Of a DNA stretch of 42,393 nucleotides, positions 1 through 10,367 are shown piece after piece. The notes under the pieces were generated by a model that was not told where the DNA came from, searched no databases, and saw nothing but the letters and a program-made list of their open reading frames with translations. Where the stretch lies: NCBI GenBank assembly GCA_017625915.1, contig JAGAJV010000062.1, forward strand, positions 1 through 42,393, given 5' to 3'. Every line of letters starts with the position of its first letter. The first letter of the stretch is position 1. The position numbers and the translations under genes are program-made. The stretch is from Clostridia bacterium (GTDB lineage Bacteria; Bacillota; Clostridia; Oscillospirales; CAG-272).

Positions 1-684
<684 letters not shown>

Positions 685-700
685 TTTAAACCGTATAAAC

Positions 701-734
701 AAAAATGCTTCGGAGCTTTCCGAAGCATTTTTAT
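701..734. terminator. Bidirectional intrinsic terminator between gap and ktrA
   Basis: Stem aaatgcttcgga / tccgaagcattt with loop gctt, A-run before and T-run after; lies between convergent genes. Confidence 0.8.
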
Positions 735-1394
735 TTAAGCCTTAGATGTAATCTTAAATACATCAGTAGGCTTTCCGATAACTACAATATGGTCATCTCT
801 GCCAAATACATAGCTTGCACTGGGTGAAGGAATTAATGTTGAGCCAACCTTTATGGCGATAATGCTAATCTTGTAATTTTGTCTAACATTAATTTCAACA
901 ATAGTCTTACCAACCCATTCCTTTAAAATTGGAATTTCATAAATAGAATAGTCACTAGTTAATTGAATATAGTCAAAAATATTGTCTGAGTTATATCTCA
1001 TAGCTAACTTTTCAGCAATTTCCTTTTCGGGATAAACAATTTCGTCAGCGCCGATTTTTTTAAGTAAATCTGCCTGAATATCCTGATTTGCTTTAGCAAC
1101 AACGCACTTTGCACCCAACGCTTTTAAATAAGATGTGATAATAAGAGAAGACTGAAAATCCTCACCAATAGTAACAAAGCAAATATCAAATTCACTAACA
1201 TCAAGTGCCTTTAATACATCCTCGTTAGTGCAATCACCAATTGTGGCATCAGGACATTTTGTTGACATTGCATCAATTATTGAAACATCCTTATCAATAA
1301 TCATAACATCATTTCCCATATCAAGCATACGAAGTGCCAAATTTCTGCCAAATCGTCCCATACCGATTATTAAAACGGATTTTGATTTTTTCAT
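735..1394 (-). CDS. ktrA: K+ uptake system peripheral NAD-binding subunit (TrkA/KtrA family, single RCK)
   Basis: 219 aa, N-terminal Rossmann GMGRFG motif, RCK_C-like C-terminus, immediately downstream of a TrkH/KtrB-type membrane gene. Confidence 0.85.
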   Translation of the reverse strand: MKKSKSVLIIGMGRFGRNLALRMLDMGNDVMIIDKDVSIIDAMSTKCPDATIGDCTNEDVLKALDVSEFDICFVTIGEDFQSSLIITSYLKALGAKCVVAKANQDIQADLLKKIGADEIVYPEKEIAEKLAMRYNSDNIFDYIQLTSDYSIYEIPILKEWVGKTIVEINVRQNYKISIIAIKVGSTLIPSPSASYVFGRDDHIVVIGKPTDVFKITSKA

Positions 1395-1403
1395 ATAATT
1401 TAC

Positions 1404-2735
1404 CTATCCTATCAATATTTTTTCATAAGGTCGTTCAATTTTAGCCTCGTGCTGCTTTTCAGCAATAGCAAGAAGCAATGTAAGACCGCCTAAACGACCG
1501 AAATACATAGTAAAGCACAAAATTAATTTAGAAGCAACAGATAAAAACGGAGTAATACCTTGCGTCAGACCAACTGTTGCAATAGCAGATACAACCTCAA
1601 ATATTATACTTCCAAGAGAGAATCTATCCCCTTCGATTAAGCATATTAAAACAGCCACAGTGCAGGTTGCTAAAAGATAAAGAGTCATAATAGCGCAAGC
1701 CTGCTTTACAGTAGAATCGTGAATTTTTTTCTTAAACGCAGTTAAGCTATCCTTATTTCTGGCAAAGCAAATTGCATTCAAAATTACTACAGCAAAGGTA
1801 ATTGTTTTTATACCACCGGCAGTTGACCCGGGCGAGCCGCCTACAAGCATAAGTGCAACCGAAACAACGTTACCGCCAGAGCTTAAGCTTGCTTGATTTA
1901 CAGAAGCAAATCCGGCTGTACGAAGAGTAACCGATTGAAAGAACGCATTTAACCATTTTTGCCCCTCGTTCATTCCCAAAAAAGCAACGTTTCTTTCAGT
2001 TATATATAGTAAAACCATTCCACCTATTATTAAAATACCTGTTGCCACAAGGGCGAGCTTGCTGTGTAGCTTATACTTTTTAATTTTAAAGCCGTGTGCG
2101 ATAAAATCATTCCAAACAAGAAAGCCAATTCCACCAATAATTATAAGTAGTGAAACTGTAATAAGCACCAAGGGATCACTGTTAAAGCTCTCAAGGGAGT
2201 CACTGCCTAAAATATCAAAGCCTGCATTACAAAACGCAGAAATTGAATGGAAAATTCCTCTCCATAAGCCACCTAAAAAGGAATAACCCTTTGTCCAAAA
2301 TCTAAATGAAAGAATTAAAGCGCCGATACCCTCAATAATAGCAGTGCCACAAACCACCTGCTTAATAAGCTTTAAAATACCGCTAAGCTCAAGCGAGCCT
2401 GTCGCTTGTACCATTAGCTTTCTTTCGTGTAGGGAAAAACGCTTATTTGCTAAAATAGCACTTAAGGAAATAAAGGTCATAAAGCCAAGACCGCCAATTT
2501 GTATTAGCAAGATTATAACAATTTTTCCAAAAAGCGTCCAATGGGTAGCAGTATTTAGCGTAACAAGACCGGTAACACAGGTAGCACTAGTTGCAGTAAA
2601 TAACGCATCAATAAAGCTCGTATTCCCTTCATAGCTTGCAATAGGCAAGCACAAAAGCAAAGCACCAACAAATATTACAGCAAGAAAGCCAAGTGCTAAA
2701 AATTTTGCAGGTGAAAGCTTAAATTTACTTTTCAT
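1404..2735 (-). CDS. ktrB: K+ transporter membrane subunit, TrkH/KtrB family
   Basis: 443 aa polytopic protein with repeated selectivity-filter-like TGF/AGF/GG motifs (TATCVTGL, NAGFD, RTAGF, TVGLT); RBS aaaggag; TAG stop at 1404-1406. Confidence 0.85.
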   Translation of the reverse strand: MKSKFKLSPAKFLALGFLAVIFVGALLLCLPIASYEGNTSFIDALFTATSATCVTGLVTLNTATHWTLFGKIVIILLIQIGGLGFMTFISLSAILANKRFSLHERKLMVQATGSLELSGILKLIKQVVCGTAIIEGIGALILSFRFWTKGYSFLGGLWRGIFHSISAFCNAGFDILGSDSLESFNSDPLVLITVSLLIIIGGIGFLVWNDFIAHGFKIKKYKLHSKLALVATGILIIGGMVLLYITERNVAFLGMNEGQKWLNAFFQSVTLRTAGFASVNQASLSSGGNVVSVALMLVGGSPGSTAGGIKTITFAVVILNAICFARNKDSLTAFKKKIHDSTVKQACAIMTLYLLATCTVAVLICLIEGDRFSLGSIIFEVVSAIATVGLTQGITPFLSVASKLILCFTMYFGRLGGLTLLLAIAEKQHEAKIERPYEKILIG

Positions 2736-2803
2736 AAAAGCTCCTTTAAAAATCTATCTTTACATATTATAACACATTTTTATCATAAATGGAATAAAAA
2801 TAT

Positions 2804-2831
2804 AAAAACGAGCACTTAAATGCTCGTTTTC
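2804..2831 (-). terminator. Intrinsic terminator downstream of trkH
   Basis: Stem aaaacgagca / tgctcgtttt with loop cttaaa; U-run present on the minus strand. Confidence 0.7.
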
Positions 2832-2835
2832 GCTA

Positions 2836-4365
2836 TTATACCCTTTTCCAAGCACGAGGATTAAATAAAATCAGTACCGGCAAAATTTCAAGTCTGCCAA
2901 TCAACATAGTAAATGTCAAAATCAGCTTAGAAAATGCATTATAATCTGCATATGATGCGTAAGGACCGACTGCCTCAAAGCCAGGACCTATATTAGAAAT
3001 ACAAGCCAAAGAAGCAGAAAAGTTAGAAAAGAAGCCGTGCTCGTTTACGTCACTGATAGGGTCAAAGGAAAGAAGCAATGTTGCAGTTAAAAGTATAAAA
3101 AGGTAAAGAGTAATAAAGGAGAAAACATCGTTAGTTGTCTTTTCCTCTAGGCTTTTGCCTTCAAACTTAGCCTTAGGCACATATCTGGGATTAATCAGCT
3201 TTCTTACGTTAATAAATGTACCCTTTACAGCTATAACAATTCTTGATAGCTTAATACCGCCGGCTGTGGAGCCTGCCATAGCACCGGTAAACATAAGCAG
3301 AATAAGCACCATTTTAGAAACCATCGGCCATAAATTAAAGTCCGTTGTAGAATATCCCGTTGTTGTCATAATAGATGCAATTTGAAACAGTGTATGCCTA
3401 AATGCTTCTTCAATGGAATATCCTAAGGATTCTAGCCTTAAGCACAAATTTACAAAAACTAAAGCAACACTGGATACTATGATAATTAGATAGCATCTGA
3501 ATTCCTCGCTTCTAAACACCTCTTTAATTTTACCCAACAAAATTAAATAGTATAAACCAAAATTGCAACCAAAAATAAGTAAGAAAATAGAAATTACATA
3601 TTGTGCATACGGTGTCATAAATTCCATACTGTTAGGTATAAAGCCAAAGCCACCGGTGCCTGCCGAGCCAAAGCTTGTAAGCAAAGCGTGGAAAAGCTTA
3701 TCACCCTCATAAGAGCTATAACCGGCATCGGTAAGTGCATCATGGTTAATTAATGGACCGCATAATAGGAAAATAACCTCTAAAACTGTAAGACAAAGAT
3801 AAATAAGATACAAAATTCTTGCAGTTACCTTCATTTTAGAAGCAATTTTACCCACCTGAGGACCGGGAGATTCAGCACGAAGAAGATGCATTGAGGAGCC
3901 GTCATCACTTTCAGGAATGAAAATAAGCACGAATACAAGTATTCCCATGCCGCCAATCCAGTGTGAAAAGCTTCTCCAAAATAGAGAGGAATGTTCCAAA
4001 ACAGTAATATCCTTAAGAATACTTGCGCCGGTTGTTGTAAAGCCGGACATAATTTCAAAGCAAGCATCAATGTAGTTTGGAATATCTCCATTTATAACAA
4101 ACGGAATAGCACCGAAAACAGTCATTACTATCCAAACTAATGCAACAAGTGCGAAGCCCTCTTTTTGATAAAGAGATTTTCTCTTAGGCTTAGGCTTTAG
4201 CATTAAGCCGCCCAATACCGTTAAAGCAATAATAGGAATTATAAAGGCAAGCTTATATTTTAATTCTTCCCCGTAAATAAAGCTTACGATTAATGGAGCA
4301 AGCATCAAAGCTCCCTCAATAATCATAATCCTTCCTAAAATCCTACCGATTAGTTTAAAATTCAT
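2836..4365 (-). CDS. trkH: TrkH family potassium uptake protein
   Basis: 509 aa polytopic membrane protein with TrkH-type motifs (MSGFTTTGAS, GSAGTGGFG, MTTTGY, AGSTAGGIK); RBS aaggtga. Confidence 0.85.
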   Translation of the reverse strand: MNFKLIGRILGRIMIIEGALMLAPLIVSFIYGEELKYKLAFIIPIIALTVLGGLMLKPKPKRKSLYQKEGFALVALVWIVMTVFGAIPFVINGDIPNYIDACFEIMSGFTTTGASILKDITVLEHSSLFWRSFSHWIGGMGILVFVLIFIPESDDGSSMHLLRAESPGPQVGKIASKMKVTARILYLIYLCLTVLEVIFLLCGPLINHDALTDAGYSSYEGDKLFHALLTSFGSAGTGGFGFIPNSMEFMTPYAQYVISIFLLIFGCNFGLYYLILLGKIKEVFRSEEFRCYLIIIVSSVALVFVNLCLRLESLGYSIEEAFRHTLFQIASIMTTTGYSTTDFNLWPMVSKMVLILLMFTGAMAGSTAGGIKLSRIVIAVKGTFINVRKLINPRYVPKAKFEGKSLEEKTTNDVFSFITLYLFILLTATLLLSFDPISDVNEHGFFSNFSASLACISNIGPGFEAVGPYASYADYNAFSKLILTFTMLIGRLEILPVLILFNPRAWKRV

Positions 4366-4373
4366 AATTCACC

Positions 4374-5729
4374 TTAATCAAGTATATCATTCAAGTCATC
4401 AAAATTTTTGTGTGTAGTAACAACAATAACATTATCGCCCCACTGAATACAGGAATTACCGTCAGGGATAATAACCTCATTTTCTCTTATAATGCAAGCT
4501 ATAAGACAATTTTCCTTGGTTTTTAGAGTTTTTAATGGCTTATTAAAGAATTTTTCTTGCTTTTTAGCTGAAAATTCAAGCGCCTCAACTCTATCGTTAA
4601 CTAAACGGTAAAGGGTTAAAACATTACTGCCTCTCTTATTTGTCAAGGCTCTGATATAGCTAATAATTCTATCAGCAACAATTCGCTTGGGAGAAACAGT
4701 ATTTTTAATACCAAGCTCACCAAGCATATCATAAAGCTCGTCGCTTTTAATTTGAGTAATTGTTTTGGCTACATTCATTTTATTAGCAAACATTGATACA
4801 ATCATATTTTCCTCGTCAATGTTAGTAAGAGCAACAAATGCATCCATAGCCTCAATACCCTCTTCAATGAGCAGGTCGTGCTGAGTGCCATTACCGTGAA
4901 TAATAGTAACCTTGGGAAGCATATCAGCAAGCTCCTCGGCTCTGCTTATATCACTTTCCAAAAGCTTTATGGAATATTTTTTCTTAGAAAGCTCCTCAGC
5001 AAGATAATAGCCAATTTTATCACCGCCAACAATCATAACATTTTTAAATGGCGATTTTTCAAGCTTAGCCTCAGCTAGAAAATCACGAAGAGAATTTGCA
5101 TCGGAGGTAAAGTGAACTCTATCTCCAGCCTCAAACATAAATGTACCGGAAGGAATAATAACCTCATCACTACGCTGAACAGCGCAAACAAGCACCTTAG
5201 TATTTAGCTTTTTACCAAGAGAAATAAGAGTTTCACCAATCAGGGTACAGTCCTCGTCAACAACAATCTCGGCAAGAAGCACCCTACCCTTAGCAAAATG
5301 CTCCATTTGAGAAATAGACGGTAGGTTAATAAGATTGAAAATTTCCTCAGCGGTTTCCTTTTCAGGATTTACAATCATAGAAATTCCAAGCTCGTCCTTC
5401 ATATCACTAATTTGCTGTCTGTAATCTGGATTTCTTACACGGGCAATAGTGTTCTTAACCCCTGCCTTTTTTGCAGTTAAGCAAGCAAATACATTTAATT
5501 CATCACTATTTGTAAGGAAAATAGCAAGGTCGGTGTCCTTAATACCGGCTTCCTTTTGTATATCCATACAAGCACCGTTACCAACAACACCGAAAACATC
5601 ATATTTTTCAATCATGCCCTCAACCTTTTCCTTGTTTTCGTCAATAATGGTAATTGTGTGACCCATATTAGATAAGCTTCTTAGGACAGTCTTACCAATA
5701 GTGCCTAAGCCTACAATAATAATTTTCAT
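4374..5729 (-). CDS. trkA: Trk system NAD-binding protein TrkA (tandem RCK domains)
   Basis: Two Rossmann repeats (MKIIIVGLGTIG and VMIVGGDKIG). Start moved from the ORF-track 5786 to the ATG at 5729, which is preceded by aggag and begins the canonical MKIIIVG N-terminus. Confidence 0.85.
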   Translation of the reverse strand: MKIIIVGLGTIGKTVLRSLSNMGHTITIIDENKEKVEGMIEKYDVFGVVGNGACMDIQKEAGIKDTDLAIFLTNSDELNVFACLTAKKAGVKNTIARVRNPDYRQQISDMKDELGISMIVNPEKETAEEIFNLINLPSISQMEHFAKGRVLLAEIVVDEDCTLIGETLISLGKKLNTKVLVCAVQRSDEVIIPSGTFMFEAGDRVHFTSDANSLRDFLAEAKLEKSPFKNVMIVGGDKIGYYLAEELSKKKYSIKLLESDISRAEELADMLPKVTIIHGNGTQHDLLIEEGIEAMDAFVALTNIDEENMIVSMFANKMNVAKTITQIKSDELYDMLGELGIKNTVSPKRIVADRIISYIRALTNKRGSNVLTLYRLVNDRVEALEFSAKKQEKFFNKPLKTLKTKENCLIACIIRENEVIIPDGNSCIQWGDNVIVVTTHKNFDDLNDILD

Positions 5730-5885
5730 AATTACACTCCTGATTTCTTTAGTGTATGCACACCTATTATACCACCTTTGTTGCAAAAATGGAAGAATAA
5801 AACCTAAAATTATTATAAATGTAACAAAGAACGAAAAAAGTCATATTATGTAATGAACGGTAAAATCGTTCAGAAGGAGACAAAT

Positions 5886-6194
5886 ATGAAATTTGACGGA
5901 GGCTATAGAGGCTCACAAAGAGCCGATTATGAGCAATTTTCAAAATTTCTTGGCTTGAACAACAGACAATCACCAAGAATGGAGGAAAGACCAAGCTACA
6001 ATAACGATTCAGATAATCATAATTGTGCTTGCGTAAATAATACACATCTTGCAATGGTATATCCGGTAAAGCAGGAGTGGTGCGACATCTATGATGTTGA
6101 AATTGCACTAATAAACGGAACAATATTCAATCAGTTAAATAAACCATTTTATCCTACAGGATGCTCAGGCAAAATGAAGGAGGGATGCTTATGA
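5886..6194 (+). CDS. cotJA: Spore coat-associated protein CotJA
   Basis: LAMVYPVKQEW...IFNQLNKPF motif typical of CotJA; first gene of a cotJA-JB-JC arrangement. ATG at 5886 follows aaggaga, whereas the ORF-track start 5853 lacks an RBS. Confidence 0.7.
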   Translation: MKFDGGYRGSQRADYEQFSKFLGLNNRQSPRMEERPSYNNDSDNHNCACVNNTHLAMVYPVKQEWCDIYDVEIALINGTIFNQLNKPFYPTGCSGKMKEGCL

Positions 6195-6448
6195 TGAATA
6201 ACTCTAGAGAAAGATTATTAAAGCAAATCCAAGCCTACGATTTTGCAGTATATGATACACTTTTATATCTCGATGCTTATCCAAGCTCTAAGGAAGCACA
6301 ATGCTTTTACAATAAATACAAAAAGCTAAGCATGCGAGCAAAGCAGGAATACGAGCAGAAATACGGACCTCTTACAATGCCCGAGGAAACAGCCGATTGG
6401 CAATGGACAGATGGACCTTGGCCATGGCAGGCTGACGAAAGGAGATAA
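6191..6448 (+). CDS. cotJB: Spore coat protein CotJB
   Basis: LLKQIQAYDFAVYDTLLYLDAYP motif; ATG 6191 overlaps the cotJA stop (ATGA) and follows aaggaggg. Confidence 0.8.
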   Translation: MMNNSRERLLKQIQAYDFAVYDTLLYLDAYPSSKEAQCFYNKYKKLSMRAKQEYEQKYGPLTMPEETADWQWTDGPWPWQADERR

Positions 6449-6453
6449 TAGAA

Positions 6454-7062
6454 ATGTTTTTATACGAGAAAAAGCTACAGTATCCTGTAAAAATCAAAAA
6501 TCCCAACCCTAAATACGCTCAAATCATTGTGTCCCAGCTTGGTGGTCCAGACGGTGAGATCGGCGCATCCCTTCGTTACCTAACTCAGCGCTTTGCAATG
6601 CCATACGATAAGGTTGTCGGCATACTTACTGACGTTGGCACCGAGGAGCTTAACCATGTAGAAATGGTATCATCAATCCTTTATCAGCTTACAAGAAGCT
6701 TAAGCCCGGAGGAAATAAAGAAGAGTGGCTTTGACACCTACTTCGTTGACCATACAACAGGTATTTATCCTGTTGCTGCAAGTGGTTATCCATACACAGC
6801 AGCCCAATTCCAATCAAAGGGTGATGTGCTTGCCGATTTGAACGAGGACCTGGCAGCCGAGCAAAAGGCAAGAGTTACCTACGATAATATTTTACGCTTA
6901 GTTGACGATCCCGATGTTTGCGACGCTATAAAATTCCTTCGTGCAAGAGAGGTAGTACATTATCAACGCTTCTGTGATGCATTAGGAATTGCACAAGACC
7001 ATATGGATTCTAAGAATTTCTATGGCTACAACCCGGCCTTTGATAAGGTTAAAAAGCAATAA
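6454..7062 (+). CDS. cotJC: Spore coat protein CotJC (manganese catalase family)
   Basis: 202 aa with di-metal ligand motifs (GEIGASLRYLTQRF, EELNHVEMV, REVVHYQRF). Confidence 0.9.
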   Translation: MFLYEKKLQYPVKIKNPNPKYAQIIVSQLGGPDGEIGASLRYLTQRFAMPYDKVVGILTDVGTEELNHVEMVSSILYQLTRSLSPEEIKKSGFDTYFVDHTTGIYPVAASGYPYTAAQFQSKGDVLADLNEDLAAEQKARVTYDNILRLVDDPDVCDAIKFLRAREVVHYQRFCDALGIAQDHMDSKNFYGYNPAFDKVKKQ

Positions 7063-7066
7063 TCAG

Positions 7067-7096
7067 AAAACAAACGCATTTTGCGTTTGTTTTTTA
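7067..7096 (+). terminator. Intrinsic terminator after cotJC
   Basis: Stem acaaacgc / gcgtttgt followed by ttttt. Confidence 0.75.
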
Positions 7097-7107
7097 CATA
7101 TTAGCAA

Positions 7108-7136
7108 TTGACAAATATAATATTAAATGTTAAAAT
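7108..7136 (+). promoter_or_regulatory. Sigma-A-type promoter upstream of nadK
   Basis: TTGACA (7108-7113), 17-nt spacer, TAAAAT (7131-7136). Confidence 0.55.
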
Positions 7137-7170
7137 ATATTATTAATAAAATCTTCGAAAGGAGATACAA

Positions 7171-8007
7171 ATGAAAAACGCAATAATAATTCCAAACTAT
7201 TTAAAGGAAAAAAGCTTAGAGTTTTCAAAAAAGGCAAAAATGCTTTTAGAAGAAAAAGGCTATAACCCAATTATATTAAGTGAAAACGAAGCGTTTGATG
7301 GAAAAGCTGATTTTGCCCTTGTATTAGGTGGCGACGGCACAATTATCCGTGCAAGCAAACAGCTATATGGCACAGATATTGCAGTTTTAGGCATCAATTT
7401 TGGCAATTTAGGCTATCTTACCGAGTGTAATCCGGAAACAGCCATAGATGCAATAAATAAGCTTATAAGTGGCGACTACACTATCGAAAACCGTCTTATG
7501 ATAAGTGGCGAAATCGTAAGAGAGGGCAAGACAATACATAGCTTTATTGCTTTAAATGAGGCATCGCTTTACCGTGCAACACTTATGAAAGCCTTTAAAA
7601 TGGAAATTTACATAAATAATAAGCATACAAACACAGTTTTAGGTGATGGCTTAATTATTGCAACCCCAACAGGCTCAACCTCGTATAACCTATCAGCAGG
7701 TGGACCAATTTTAACACCAACTGCAAATAATATGGTTATAACTCAAATTGCGCCATTTTCATTCCCGGGCACACCTCTTGTAATTGCAGGTGATGATGTT
7801 ATCGAAATCAGAATAAAAATTGATAATATTACTAAAAAGGGAAATGTGTCAATGGAATTTGACGGAAGCGAAAGCGTTGAAATTCAAGACGGGGACATTA
7901 TAAGAATACAAAAAGCAGAGCATAATGCGAAAATTATTAAGGTAAGCGATAGAAGCTTCTATCAGCTTTTGAAGGAAAAGCTATCAAAGGCAAATAACGA
8001 GATTTAA
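7171..8007 (+). CDS. nadK: NAD+ kinase
   Basis: GGDGT motif (LVLGGDGTIIRA), ATPTGSTSYNLSAGGP motif; RBS aaaggaga. Confidence 0.9.
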   Translation: MKNAIIIPNYLKEKSLEFSKKAKMLLEEKGYNPIILSENEAFDGKADFALVLGGDGTIIRASKQLYGTDIAVLGINFGNLGYLTECNPETAIDAINKLISGDYTIENRLMISGEIVREGKTIHSFIALNEASLYRATLMKAFKMEIYINNKHTNTVLGDGLIIATPTGSTSYNLSAGGPILTPTANNMVITQIAPFSFPGTPLVIAGDDVIEIRIKIDNITKKGNVSMEFDGSESVEIQDGDIIRIQKAEHNAKIIKVSDRSFYQLLKEKLSKANNEI

Positions 8008-8015
8008 GAGGAAAT

Positions 8016-8855
8016 ATGTTTAAAATAGTAAGAAAAAAGGTGCTTAACCCAACAGTTACGCTTATGGAAATTGAAGCACCGTTAGTAGCAAAAAAAGCAG
8101 AGCCGGGACAGTTCATAATTTTAAGAACTGACGAAAGGGGAGAAAGAATCCCTCTTACTGTGGCTGATTTTGATAGATACAAGGGAACAGTAACTATTAT
8201 TTTTCAAGTAGTAGGAGCAACAACTGAAAAGCTAAATCACTTAAACGAGGGCGATTATTTACATGACTTTGTAGGACCTCTTGGCAAAGCAACACATACC
8301 GCGGGACTTAAAAGGGTTGCCGTTGTAGGCGGTGGTGTTGGATGCGCAATTGCCTACCCTGTGGCTAAAAAGCTACACGGGCAGGGCTGTGAGGTGCACG
8401 CAATTTGTGGCTTTAGAACAAAGGATTTAGTAATTTTAGAGGACGAATTTAAAAATGCATCCTCAAAATATATTTTAATGAGTGACGATGGCACATCAGG
8501 CGAAAAAGGACTTGTTACAGACGCGCTTAAAAAGCTAATTGAGAGTGGTGAAAAGTACGACGAGGTTATCACAATAGGACCACTTATTATGATGAAATTT
8601 GTCTGTGCTCTGACAAAAGAGTATGATATAAAAACAGTAGCCTCAATGAACCCAATTATGATTGACGGAACAGGAATGTGCGGTGGCTGTCGTTTAACAG
8701 TAGGTGGCAAAATGGTATTTGCCTGTGTGGATGGTCCTGAATTTGACGGACATCAAATTGATTTTGATGAGGCAATCTCCCGTTCAAATATGTACTATGG
8801 CTTTGAACGCCATAAGCACGAGGATACCTGTAATCTTTTTAAGGGGGCAAGATAA
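8016..8855 (+). CDS. FAD/NAD(P)-binding, 2Fe-2S oxidoreductase subunit (NfnA / sulfide-dihydroorotate dehydrogenase-like)
   Basis: FNR-like fold signature (GQFIILR...RIPLTVAD, VGGGVGCA) and C-terminal Cys cluster (CGGCRLTVGGKMVFACVDGP). Confidence 0.85.
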   Translation: MFKIVRKKVLNPTVTLMEIEAPLVAKKAEPGQFIILRTDERGERIPLTVADFDRYKGTVTIIFQVVGATTEKLNHLNEGDYLHDFVGPLGKATHTAGLKRVAVVGGGVGCAIAYPVAKKLHGQGCEVHAICGFRTKDLVILEDEFKNASSKYILMSDDGTSGEKGLVTDALKKLIESGEKYDEVITIGPLIMMKFVCALTKEYDIKTVASMNPIMIDGTGMCGGCRLTVGGKMVFACVDGPEFDGHQIDFDEAISRSNMYYGFERHKHEDTCNLFKGAR

Positions 8856-8856
8856 T

Positions 8857-10275
8857 ATGGCAAATATGTCCTTAAAAAGAAATGAAATGAATGTACAAGA
8901 CCCAAATGTACGAAATAAAAACTTTAAAGAGGTAGCTCTTGGTTATACCGAGGAGCAAGCTATTGACGAGGCGAAAAGATGCTTAAATTGTAAAAATAAG
9001 CCTTGCGTTGGCGGTTGCCCTGTAAAGATTTATATACCTGACTTTATTGCCAAGGTAGCAGAGGGAAAATTTGAGGAGGCATATGAGATAATTTCAAAAT
9101 CCTCATCATTACCAGCTGTTTGTGGCAGAGTTTGTCCACAGGAAAACCAATGCGAGGGCAAGTGCGTAAGAGGCATTAAGGGTGAAAGCGTTGCTATAGG
9201 CAGGCTGGAGCGCTTTGTTGCTGATTACCACAACGCAAATTGTAAGACTTGGTCCGAAAAAACAGTAAAAAACGGACACAGGGTGGCAGTAATTGGCTCA
9301 GGCCCATCAGGTCTTGCCTGTGCAAGTGATTTAGTGAAAATGGGCTATGACGTGACTATATTTGAGGCTTTACATACCGCAGGCGGCGTTTTAGTTTACG
9401 GTATTCCGGAGTTTAGACTGCCTAAGGCTATAGTTGAAAAGGAAATTAAGGGACTTGAAGCATTAGGCGTTGAAATTAAAACAAATGTAGTTATCGGAAA
9501 GACAATAACCATTGACGAGCTTATGGATGAAATGGGCTATGAGGCGGTGTTTATCGGCTCAGGCGCAGGCTTGCCTAAATTTATGAACATAAAGGGCGAG
9601 GGGCTTAAGGGAGTTTATTCTGCTAATGAATTTTTAACAAGAATGACTCTTATGAAGGCATACGAAAACGATTGCGACACACCTATAATGCAAGCAAAAA
9701 GGGTGGCAGTAGTAGGCGGTGGTAATGTAGCTATGGATGCTGCTCGCTGTGCAAAGCGTCTGGGCGCTGAGGTTTATGTTGTATATAGACGAGGTATGGA
9801 GGAATTGCCTGCCAGACACGAGGAGGTAGAGCATGCGGTTGAAGAGGGCATAATCTTTAAAACTCTAACAAATCCTATCGAAATTCTCGGCTACACAAAC
9901 GAAAATGATAAGCGCGATATTAAAAATAATACTGTTTGTGGTATGAAATGCGTAGAAATGGAGCTTGGCGAGCCAGATGCCAGTGGAAGACGCAAGCCTA
10001 TTATTAAGCAGAAAAGCGAATTTATACTGGATGTTGATTGTGTAATTATGGCATTAGGCACTTCCCCCAACCCGCTTATCAAATCAACCACAGAGGGACT
10101 CGAAACACATTCTTGGGGTGGTATTATCGCTGATGAAAACGGCAAAACCTCTCGTAAGGGTGTATTTGCAGGCGGCGACGCAGTAACGGGTGCTGCAACT
10201 GTAATTCTCGCAATGGGTGCAGGAAAAGCATCTGCAAAAGCAATAGACGAATATATAAAAACAAGTAAAATTTAG
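8857..10275 (+). CDS. NADPH-dependent glutamate synthase small-chain-like oxidoreductase (NfnB / GltD family)
   Basis: Two Fe-S Cys clusters (CLNCKNKPCVGGCP, CGRVCPQENQCEGKC) and two dinucleotide folds (VIGSGPSGLA, VVGGGNVAMD). Start set to ATG 8857, 1 nt after the upstream stop; ORF-track start 8704 overlaps the previous gene. TAG stop at 10273-10275. Confidence 0.85.
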   Translation: MANMSLKRNEMNVQDPNVRNKNFKEVALGYTEEQAIDEAKRCLNCKNKPCVGGCPVKIYIPDFIAKVAEGKFEEAYEIISKSSSLPAVCGRVCPQENQCEGKCVRGIKGESVAIGRLERFVADYHNANCKTWSEKTVKNGHRVAVIGSGPSGLACASDLVKMGYDVTIFEALHTAGGVLVYGIPEFRLPKAIVEKEIKGLEALGVEIKTNVVIGKTITIDELMDEMGYEAVFIGSGAGLPKFMNIKGEGLKGVYSANEFLTRMTLMKAYENDCDTPIMQAKRVAVVGGGNVAMDAARCAKRLGAEVYVVYRRGMEELPARHEEVEHAVEEGIIFKTLTNPIEILGYTNENDKRDIKNNTVCGMKCVEMELGEPDASGRRKPIIKQKSEFILDVDCVIMALGTSPNPLIKSTTEGLETHSWGGIIADENGKTSRKGVFAGGDAVTGAATVILAMGAGKASAKAIDEYIKTSKI

Positions 10276-10306
10276 CTAGCCTATATAGCTAGGCTAGCTT
10301 TTTTGT
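10274..10306 (+). terminator. Intrinsic terminator after the nfnB-like gene
   Basis: Stem agctagcct / aggctagct with loop atat, followed by tttttt. Confidence 0.75.
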
Positions 10307-10334
10307 TGACAATTTTCTTTATTTATGATAAAAT
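10306..10334 (+). promoter_or_regulatory. Sigma-A-type promoter (extended -10) upstream of the protease gene
   Basis: TTGACA (10306-10311), 17-nt spacer, tgaTAAAAT (10329-10334). Confidence 0.55.
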
Positions 10335-10367
10335 ATTAGCATAAATTTATTATAAGAAGGAAAAGTT

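Noticed and set aside
2736-2835. Looked for c-di-AMP (ydaO/kimA-type) riboswitches upstream of the ktr and trk operons, and for T-box, SAM or other leaders upstream of biosynthetic genes.
   Set aside because: The leaders are too short (about 60 nt) and lack any recognisable conserved core, so none is reported.
8704-8856. ORF-track N-terminal extension of the nfnB-like gene (start 8704).
   Set aside because: It overlaps the 3' end of the upstream gene in another frame and has no RBS. The ATG at 8857 gives the conserved N-terminus and sits 1 nt after the upstream stop.
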